Shown here: positions 52,683-64,000 of the stretch, piece after piece
Layout: each line of letters begins with the position of its first letter
Position numbering within the stretch: the first letter of the stretch is position 1
Assembly: GCA_964016885.1 (NCBI GenBank)
Contig: OZ024754.1
Coordinates: forward strand, 40,796,001 to 40,860,000
Direction of reading: 5' to 3'
From: Eledone cirrhosa
Taxonomy: Eukaryota
Length of the DNA stretch: 64,000 nt
Notes under the pieces: generated by a model
Databases searched by the model: none
Told to the model about the DNA's origin: nothing
Seen by the model: the letters and a program-made list of their open reading frames with translations, nothing else
Program-made: the position numbers and the translations under genes

Positions 52683-53060
52683 ATGTCTGGACGTGGTAAA
52701 GGAGGTAAAGTTAAGGGAAAGAGCAAGACTCGTTCATCTCGTGCTGGACTTCAGTTCCCTGTTGGTCGTATCCATCGTCTTCTCCGTAAAGGAAACTATG
52801 CCCAACGTATCGGTGCTGGTGCCCCAGTCTACTTGGCCGCTGTAATGGAATATTTAGCTGCTGAGGTGTTGGAATTGGCAGGAAATGCTGCCAGAGATAA
52901 CAAGAAATCCCGAATTATTCCCCGTCATTTACAATTGGCCATCCGTAACGACGAAGAATTGAACAAACTTTTGTCCGGAGTGACCATTGCCCAGGGTGGT
53001 GTTCTTCCCAACATCCAGGCTGTACTTCTCCCCAAGAAGACCCAGAAAGCCGCCAAGTAA
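52683..53060 (+). CDS. H2A: Histone H2A (replication-type)
   Basis: Canonical [22 protein letters not shown]...[15 protein letters not shown]; 3' stem-loop. Confidence 0.99.
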   Translation: MSGRGKGGKVKGKSKTRSSRAGLQFPVGRIHRLLRKGNYAQRIGAGAPVYLAAVMEYLAAEVLELAGNAARDNKKSRIIPRHLQLAIRNDEELNKLLSGVTIAQGGVLPNIQAVLLPKKTQKAAK

Positions 53061-53096
53061 ATACATCATTAAAAATAATTGTATTTTACTACCAAC

Positions 53097-53112
53097 GGCC
53101 CTTTTTAGGGCC
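53097..53112 (+). terminator. Histone 3' stem-loop (H2A)
   Basis: CCAAC-GGCCCT-TTTT-AGGGCC. Confidence 0.93.
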
Positions 53113-53459
53113 CCTACTTTTTACGTATTGTTTAAACTCCGGTAGTTCATAAGACTGCGATTAACTATTTATTATTACCTTTCAGGTAATAATAAGATTT
53201 CTAATTTAGGTGTTAGTAATATCAAATTTTGTTAATTTAAATTTCCTATTCATATTGTATGTTTAGTAATACTTAATAAAATAGTTGAAACCGCTTTTAA
53301 TATTTTCTACTGAATGAAAAACAGTAAATATGTTAGTAATTTAATTGTAAATCATTGCTTATCGATGGACTCTGATAGTTCATAGTCTGCGATAAATTGT
53401 TTATCTCACCTGTCAATATAGATTTGAAAATTAAGTTTAGTAGGATAGTTTTTTTAATA

Positions 53460-54380
53460 TAAATAGAAAGGTAGTTATAACCTCCAGGAAAAGTCGCCAG
53501 TGCCTCTAATATAAATTTTAGAAAGACAACCTCGCCGATTTCAGTGGGGAGTAGTTTTTTTTTTTTTCCCTTCGCACTTCTGGAGTTGTATTAATATAGG
53601 GCAGTGGCCTTTTTTCTGAGGAAAACGGGAGCCATACCCTCTGATTTTCCAAACCTCCCTCCTTAGGGAGTCAAGTTTCTAAGGTTCCACCTCGGTTTTC
53701 CAGGGAAAAATTCTTTGAAGCATCCTCGAAGATGAAAAAAAAAAAATATTGGAAAAAATTCGTGATTTAGAAAAGAAATTAAGTTAGGAAAAGTTGATAT
53801 TACTAGCACCCTATTAAATTAATCCACAAATAGAATTGTAAAATTATTTAGACAAAATATTTTGCAATTCAGCTTTTAACGTTCTGAGTTCAAATACCGA
53901 TCAACATTCTGGAAATCGATTAGAAAGAACCAATCAGGTGTGGATCGATATAATCGAATTCTGTCAGCAAAAATTGCTGGCCTTGTCCCTAGATTGGAAA
54001 TCAGTTCGGTATTTGAACTCAGAACATTAAAAGCTGAATAATTAATTGCAAAATATTTGTCTAAATAATTTGACAATTCTATTAGTGCGAGTAATATCAA
54101 CTTTTCCTAACTTAAATTTCTTCTAAATCACGAATTTATTCCTACCAATGTTTTTTTTTTCATCTTCGAAAACCGAGGTAGAAACCTTAGAAACTTGACT
54201 CCCTAAGTAGGAGGGAGATTTGGAAAATCCGAGGGTCTGGCTCCCGCCCTATATTAATAGAACTCCAGAAGTGCGAAGGGAAAAAAAAATACTCCCCACT
54301 GAAATCGGTAAGGTTGTCTTTCTATTAGAGGCACTGGCGACTTTTCCTGGAGGTTATAACTACCTCTTTCTATTTAAATA
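53460..54380. repeat. Foldback inverted repeat (~400-bp arms, ~105-bp spacer) between H2A and H4
   Basis: GGTAGTTATAACCTCCAGGAAAAGTCGCCAGTGCCTCTAATA (~53470) vs its reverse complement at 54323-54365, with several further paired blocks inward to 53900/54006. Confidence 0.85.
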
Positions 54381-55320
54381 TCTCAGCTTAAAACTATTGA
54401 ATCAGTGACTTACGAAAACAAAGCTGATAATGAAAGTTGTTTTTATCAGTAAACCGTACTTATTGATTTTTCTTAAAAAAGTGAATTGATTTTCTATTTC
54501 AACTAATATTTTTATAATTACTATATACATTTCCTAACATTTCAGATTTACTTTATTTTTTTATAATCACTATACACATTTCATAACATTTAAGATTTAC
54601 TTTACTCTCACTTATTAAAATCTAATTTCGTTTCGCCGCTTGTGTTTACGTTCCGGTTTTTGATTCTCCACTCCACGTATAGACTCACAGGAGAGAACTT
54701 TTCGCTCGGCCTGTGTAGAATACTGGCAGGCCTATCATACAGTGAAACAAGTACCAGTACCGGTAATTAAACCTGATAATCTGGTCAATTACTTTTACTT
54801 GTAGATTAAGTACAACTTTAGTTTCCATGTTTTGCCAGTAGCTATCGGGAAAAAGAAAAACTCTGACGCTTACTATATACTAAAAAGACGTTAAATAATT
54901 TGCTTATATATTCAGAATCTGAATCCATCCATTGACATGGCCTAATTAAAATTAAAATCAATTCTCCCCATAACCCGAATCAGTATACCTTTATAGAAAT
55001 AAGTAACATTAGAGAAAATCCAGGTCAGGCCTATTGCAGACATTGAAGATTAGTACAGCAATTTGAGAGGGTTAGTCGATTTGAATCAACCCCCTCGTAA
55101 GGATGTAAAATAATTTAACTTACTAACGAAATATCGTCATCATCGATGCCTGAATACTTAAGATTCATTAAAACACACAATGTAGGATATTACACTGAAA
55201 ATCGGTTATGGAAACTAGGCTAAAATATATATTTATTACATTTTCAATTATCTATATAAAAAAAACTCTAATCTACATATCAATGAGTCAAGAGAGAAAA
55301 CGAAACTTTAAAGGATGAGT

Positions 55321-55336
55321 GGCCCTGAAAAGGGCC
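55321..55336 (-). terminator. Histone 3' stem-loop (H4)
   Basis: GGCCCT-TTTC-AGGGCC on the minus strand. Confidence 0.93.
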
Positions 55337-55371
55337 GTTATTTCTGGGTTCAAGTGAAGAAAATGAAGAAT

Positions 55372-56370
<999 letters not shown>

Positions 56371-56404
56371 GTTGCTGCTTTATTTATACTTAATACTTAA
56401 AAAC

Positions 56405-56420
56405 GGCCCTTTTCAGGGCC
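56405..56420 (+). terminator. Histone 3' stem-loop (H3)
   Basis: AAAC-GGCCCT-TTTC-AGGGCC. Confidence 0.93.
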
Positions 56421-59400
56421 CCTGCATTTTCTCATGAAATGTCTTCTGCCTGATGTTAATTCTGATATTGCGAATAGTTTTACTGACTGTTTTCTTAAAT
56501 CGCAGTGGGTCTTTCTAGTCCCTTAACTGACCGTAAATGTCGAAAAGTTAACCGATATATATTTTTTACTCAGTTCTCTTCGGGAATCCCCTCCTCCCTA
56601 ATAATTCTATAAACTTTTCCAGGTATTTATAAGTTCAATTTCCAATTAACTACCTCAGCCAGATGGTCAATCGGGCCTAAGTTTCCAGGGCGGAATATAC
56701 AGTAAGGTTTGACTGTCCTGCTAGAAACAGCAGTCACTTCTGTTATATTGTGTACGTTGTATATATACATATAAGGGCATCACTGTCAATATAAATACTT
56801 TGGTCGTTATGATAGTGAGGACTTTTTACATTTAGTTTTCAAACGTTTACAGTTTATGTCTGGGAATAACATTTAAGTTCTCTTTGGTCCCCTCCCCCGT
56901 GTATTTCTATAAATCATGAACATCGCAATAGATAGGTTCTTAAAATCTCTTGTCTCTCCCTCTAAACTTTTCCAGGTGTTTCAGAGTTAAATTTACATCT
57001 AAATATCTCAGCAAAGTAGTTTTTACCAAGATGAAAAATACGCTGTAAAGTCAGTGACTGTCCTGCTAGAAACAGCAGTCACTTCTGTTATATATCGTAC
57101 TTAATACACATATATACAGGGTCGCTATCAATGGTGTTGAACGGATGGTCACATAGCGGGAGATTAGATCGGAGGGAAAGGGACCTCGGTCGTTGTCAAC
57201 GATGAAGTGTTTTTGTAGTCCGGTATATTGAGAAATAGGTACCACAAACTACCAGTATCATCTGATCGGAAGAAGGGGGTAGAGCAGACATCCACCCAAC
57301 ACACTGAAGTCTGATTGTCCTGCTAGAAACAGCAGTCACTTAATACACATGCAGGGTCGCTGTCAATATAAATAATACTTTGGTCGTTATGAAACTGAGG
57401 ACTTCATGTTTAGTAGTTTTCAAAAGTTTATGTCTAGGAATTACATTTAATATCAATTGTATCATTCTTTATATATATATATTTTAAATAAAGCCACAAC
57501 AATTATTTTCTTTAGGAAATCTGTTATTCTTACTCAATTTTATGTTAAAGTAATATTTTTATTTTTTGTTGTATTAATTTATTGGAATTTTGTTGAATAG
57601 ACGACTAATTTACTACGAACATCGTCCCAAGGGATACGCTATGATCGACTTATGGTCATTTATGTTGGGAAGGACATATTTCAAATTATCCCGATACTTC
57701 ATTTATCCGTTGATTTTATATAACATTGTGATATTAGCAATAATACACCTTGAAATAAAGATATATATATACAACCTCATTGTCTTCTACAGAGATCCCC
57801 AACCATTTTACACGAAAGAGCCATTTAAATATTCTAAATTTAGATGAGGGTCACAGAATTATTTATATTGTTGAAGATGATTCGTTTTTACTTGCACTTG
57901 ATTTCTGCGTTTTCAATCAAATCTCGTTGTGTTACCTATATGCTGAATTTTCACACACAGACACATATATATATATATATATACACACACACGAAGTGTG
58001 ACTGAAAGAGGAACGGGTTTCTTTTTATAATATAGACTAGCTGGGCCCCGTGCCGTCAAAAATGAGGGCTAAATGGTAGATGTGTATTTGTATATACCTT
58101 TCAACTACGGTCGTTTTATATTCTTGATTATTCTAATTTATATCGATATTGCTAGGGACTTGGCTCCTTGGACAACACGTTGTCACAAAAGTGTAGCCAA
58201 CCTAAAATCGCTAGTTAAAAGTAATTATTACATGCACACATCTACATAAACAGAAAGTAATTATTACATGCATACACATGTGTTTGTGCATATGTATACA
58301 TTTATATATTTATGTGTAACAGGTATAGTGAACATTGTTCTGTTTTCTATAGTGTTTCACCAGCTCCCTTTCTTTCACTCATCACAGATGTGTGTGTAGG
58401 TAATACATTTGTATCACGTATATGTATGTATTTATATTTACATACTAAAACTGAAACAGATGAGTGACGTACAAAAGCATTATATATTAGATTGCTACTA
58501 GTTTGAATTTTTATATAAAAATTGGCGCAAATATTTGAAATGTAGCAAAACATCTCGTCATGCAGTTGCTGGATAAGAGTATAAGTCTTATTTTCTTCTG
58601 AGGGCCGCATGCGATCATAGGCCTACAGGTTGGGGATCCCTGGTTTTACTACATTGCTATCACAGAAACCTAATGTCACATTTTTTAAACATTAAAGGGA
58701 AACAACTTAACCCTATTATCAAGGGAGGTAAGTCTTGGTCTCCTGTAACTTGGTTGACCTTGTTTAGTTGCTATTTCTTAGGTTCTGATTGAGGAGACTG
58801 ATAATCCTTCCAGCCGTGACCATTCAATAATTTTGTATATCAGGGACTACATCTGCCCATGTTCTTTTTTAAAAGATGTTAGGCTTTGATTGATTTAATT
58901 TCCTGTGTAGACAGCAAAAGTACATCAAGTATTAATGGATATATTTCTCCGAGATATCTCACCTTGTATCCTAGTTACTAACATTTAGTAAGAATGGCAG
59001 AACAATCACAGCAGCGTACTTCGTGACGTCATTTTAGGTTGACACAGAAATAAGAAAAAATTATTTAACAGTTCACACTTCTGTAGCCTTAGCTGGTCTC
59101 CTACAATGGTGTATCCCAGCTATCTTGTGGGCTTTAATTATAGGAACTCCGGACATAGAATCAAACAACAGGAAATTAAGTCTTTCTCAAGAACATAACG
59201 AACAACCTGGTCCAGGAATCGAACTCACGACTTTATTGTCAGTAATCACCTATCCATTAGGCCATGGTCACCTATTCAGTCTTTCATCAGACCTGTTAAT
59301 TACTCGTCGTAGAAAACCCTATTTACTGACACATTATTTAGGCATTACACACTGGTTAAGTAACCCCCCATCGCAGTCCATTAAGTTGTTTCAAACACCT

Positions 59401-60307
59401 GATGGCCTCACCCAAATTTGGGTGGATGTCTGCTCTACCCCCTCCTTCCGATCAGATGATACTGGTAGTTTGTGGTACCTATTTCTCCTCAGTATACCGG
59501 ACTACAAAAACACTTCATCGTTGACAACGACCGAGGCCCCTTTCCCTACGACCTAATCTCCCGCTATGTGACCACCCGTTCAACACCATCGTTGATAGCG
59601 ACCCTGTATATATATATGTGTATTAAGTACGATATATAACAGAAGTGACTGCTGTTTCTAGCAGGACAGTCACCGACTTTACAGCGTATTTTTCATCTTG
59701 GTAAACAAACTATTTTGCTGAGATATTTAGATGTAAATTTAACTCTGAAACACCTGGAAAAGTTTAGAGGGAGAGACAAGAGATTTTAAGAACCTATCTA
59801 TTGCGATGTTCATGATTTATAGAAATACACGGAGGAGGGGACCAAAGAGAACTTAAATGTTATTCCCAGACATAAACTGTAAACGTTTGAAAACTAAATG
59901 TAAAAAGTCCTCACTATCATAACGACCAAAGTATTTATATTGACAGTGATGCCCTTATATGTATATATACAACGTACACAATATAACAGAAGTGACTGCC
60001 GTTTCTAGCAGGACAGTCAAACTTTACTGTATATTCTGCCCTGGAAACTTAGGCCCGATTGACCATCTGGCTGAAGTAGTTAATTGGAAATTGAACTTAT
60101 AAATACCTGGAAAAGTTTATAGAATTATTAGGGAGGAGGGGATTCCCGAAGAGAACTGAATAATAATATATATCGGTTAACTTTTCGACATTTACGGTCA
60201 GTTAAGGGACTAGAAAGACCCACTGCGATTTAAGAAAACAGTCAGTAAAACTATTCGCAATATCAGAATTAACATCAGGCAGAAGACATTTCATGAGAAA
60301 ATGCAGG

Positions 60308-60323
60308 GGCCCTGAAAAGGGCC
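60308..60323 (-). terminator. Histone 3' stem-loop (H3 copy 2)
   Basis: Reverse complement of GGCCCTTTTCAGGGCC. Confidence 0.93.
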
Positions 60324-60357
60324 GTTTTTAAGTATTAAGTATAAATAAAGCAGCAAC

Positions 60358-60795
<438 letters not shown>

Positions 60796-61032
60796 CTAGC
60801 TGCTCCCTATTCCTATTTATATAGCTGCTGCTTGATAGTGAAATGTTAGGCGGTAAAGTAGTTTCATAATTCAAGCAAAGCAGGGACTCCCGCTTACAAT
60901 TACTGCTGCTGATGATGACACATATTGCTAAATGACACGTGACCATGCGTTACTGTTGCTTTCTGCTACGTCCGTACTACACATATATATAATTTTCGTA
61001 GCGCGAGATCAGTGTTGTAGTTTATTCAGTAA

Positions 61033-61356
<324 letters not shown>

Positions 61357-61391
61357 ATTCTTCATTTTCTTCACTTGAACCCTGAAATAAC

Positions 61392-61407
61392 GGCCCTTTT
61401 CAGGGCC
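61392..61407 (+). terminator. Histone 3' stem-loop (H4 copy 2)
   Basis: GGCCCTTTTCAGGGCC. Confidence 0.93.
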
Positions 61408-63835
61408 ACGCATCCTTTAAAGTTTCGTTTTCTCTCTTGACTCATTGATATGTATTGATTAGCTTCATTGCTAATACTTCGATTTTATTTTATTTAACGT
61501 AAAAGCTCACTTAGTTTATTTTTTTTGTATAGTGCATGATCTTTCAGTTAGTATATGCTTACTCGGGAAGATATAAAACTTTTAAAAGTGCATTGATATT
61601 TTTATCAATCTTGGTGTCTTTCAATATTGATTTCACAGCCTTTCGTTATTTGTGGGTTTTTTATTTCGATATTTGTAGAAGTCTGCTCGTCACTAGTTTA
61701 GTCTGGATAAATTTTTCTTCAGGAGGGACATCACTGCAAATCCGTTATCTAAGCAAAAGGATCCATCGTATATCCACTCCGTCAATAACCTATTCATAAT
61801 TATATATTACTTAATTTATAATTTCTTGGTTAGATGGATAATTAGCCAATATGTCGTTATATATTTTAATAGGGTTCATACAATGTACCCTATTTAAATA
61901 TATAACTATATTTAGGATTCTTTTCCGTCTTTTATCTCACTCAGCCCAACAGCAGCGGGTTTTATTTTGTATTTGTACAATTAAAGATTTTGTTTCTCTA
62001 GGAAGCCGGAGTGAAAAGAAATATTTTTTACTAAATAAAAACCATGGATTGCTTTAAAAGTAGACAGATGGAGCATCGAAAACTCGAACGTAAATATAGG
62101 AGCGGCGGGACGAAATAAGTTCTGTAGTGTTTATAAGTGAAAGTTAGAGAAAACGGAGTTTATTTTTTTCATAAACTTCTGATTTAATATTGTAGATCTA
62201 TTTAAAATATCTTGAGATATCAAATGATATTAAAATAACTGATATTCTATGATTTAAAATATCTGATATTTTGTTTCTCCAGGGAGCCTGGATGAAAAGA
62301 TATTTTTTACTAAGTAAAAAGCATGGATTGCTTTATAAGTAGACATGGAGCATCGAAAACTGGAACGTAAATAGGAGCGGCGGAACGAAATAATTCAATA
62401 TTGTAGATCTAGTTAAAATAACTGATATTTTATAGTCTGTTATGTAGAATTTATTTTTCCTTTTATAAATCTGCAACATTTCATTTATAGGGAAAAAAAA
62501 GTCCTTTGCATCATATTAGGGGTTTTAAAAAAGTAGAAAAAGTTATTTCCCACTGAAATCGGTGGAGGTTGTTTTTCTGTAAATTTCCCCAAATCAGATA
62601 TAGAAATGTACAATTCTGGAAAGTTTTGTATGGTTGAGTAATTTATTTTATTTTATTTTCAGTTCAAATCCCGCCGAGGTTAACTTTGCCTTTCATCCTT
62701 ACGGGGTCGATAAAATATAAAGTACCAGTAATGTACTAGTTAATTTGCTGGCCTTGTGCCTAAAGTAGAAACAATTATTAATAAAAAAGAAAATTTGTAC
62801 AATGATGGAAGTATATAGAGGAAGAGTTAGCCCTTTAGCATTTATGTTACTTTATATTTACTATTTTATTGTATGTTCGTAATAAGGGCTATATCTCACA
62901 TAATATTGAATGTGATTTTCATGTTATGTTGTGAACAATACCTTAACATCAGAATGAGCAACCGGTTTGAACAGAAGAGTTGAGAGAATTCTGGCCGGAT
63001 ACAGCCCGTTTAAATGTTAAAGGGCATATATGGCTGTAGAGGAAAGGACTCAATATTTCTACTTAGGAATTTTGCTTATATGGAAATTTAGTAGATTATA
63101 ATTATGTTGTAAATATTTATAACTCTATTGTATAATTCCGTTAATGATTATATTTGCTAAATATATTCCATTCCTATTTATAGGAGGCCAAATATTAACT
63201 GAAGATCTTTTTCGTATCTTCCAATTTTGTTTATAATCAGGATAATGTCAGATTGAGAAAAATAATTTTAAAAAACTTCAACTCTAAACCATTGAAAATA
63301 TCTGCAAAATTTTACTTCTATACATTTGGATTGTCAAATTATTTAATGACATAAAATATCTTGTAATTATTTCAGCTCTTAATGTTTTGAGTTCAAATCA
63401 AGTCGAGAGTCGATAAGAAAGAACCCGATTGGGGTATAGATCGATATAATAGAATTGTCCACAAAAATTGCCGGCCTTGTCCCTAGATTGGAAACCCGTT
63501 ATAAAGCATGTATGATCGAAGGGAACACTTTAAGAGTTAGGGTCAGATATTGTTCCTAAAGGTATATATTAAAACAGTAAGAATCTTAAAGGTAAAATCA
63601 AAACATTAGCTTTGATCAAACTGTTAATCGATCAATTCATAGATAAGCTAAGATTTAAATTAAATTACTAACATACTTACTGTTTTACATTCAGTAGAAA
63701 ATATTAAGTTGTTTCAACTATGATTTATTACTAAACATACAATATGAATAGGAAATTTAAAATCTAAGTATTTAGAACTATATTCTACTCGCGGTCTATG
63801 AACTATCGGAGTTTAAACAATACGTAAATGGTAGG

Positions 63836-63851
63836 GGCCCTAAAAAGGGCC
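63836..63851 (-). terminator. H2A-type histone stem-loop with no adjacent CDS
   Basis: 63800-63880 is the reverse complement of the H2A 3' UTR, stem-loop and flank (53068-53155), but homology stops before the stop codon. Confidence 0.8.
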
Positions 63852-64000
63852 GTTGGTAGTAAAGTACAATTATTTTTAATACAAGGTGGAGGATATTTGT
63901 TCGCAAGATTACTGTCTAGGAAAAAATAACAGTAGTTTTATTTTTTAAGATTTAGAACTTCTATATTCTACTCGCGGTCTATGAACAATCGGAGTTTAAA

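Overview
AT-rich, intron-containing animal genomic DNA, not prokaryotic. The SINE/RTE/MITE complement looks octopod-cephalopod-like, but that assignment is inference. Genes I can reconstruct from start to end: (1) the 3' nine exons of a + strand 4-coumarate-CoA-ligase/firefly-luciferase-like (ANL family) gene, with intact frame but substituted adenylation motifs; (2) an 11-exon DNAJC17 on the - strand with a 10-bp frameshifting duplication in exon 6; (3) RPL9, head-to-head with DNAJC17, with an intronless CDS and a 5'TOP-like UTR exon; (4) an intronless PSMD1/Rpn2 on the - strand; (5) a three-exon ~80-aa small membrane protein resembling Drosophila roh/CG30415; (6) a replication-type histone cluster (H2B<->H2A, H4<->H3, H3<->H4, plus an orphan H2A-type stem-loop) in mirror-image arrangement. 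Introns and spacers hold tRNA-derived SINEs, TTAA-flanked MITEs, RTE and CR1 LINE fragments (one 2-kb uninterrupted RT ORF), a mariner relic, Penelope-like inverted repeats with a minimal hammerhead ribozyme motif, many minisatellites and several foldback palindromes. All calls come from manual reading and recalled family motifs; no database search was run.
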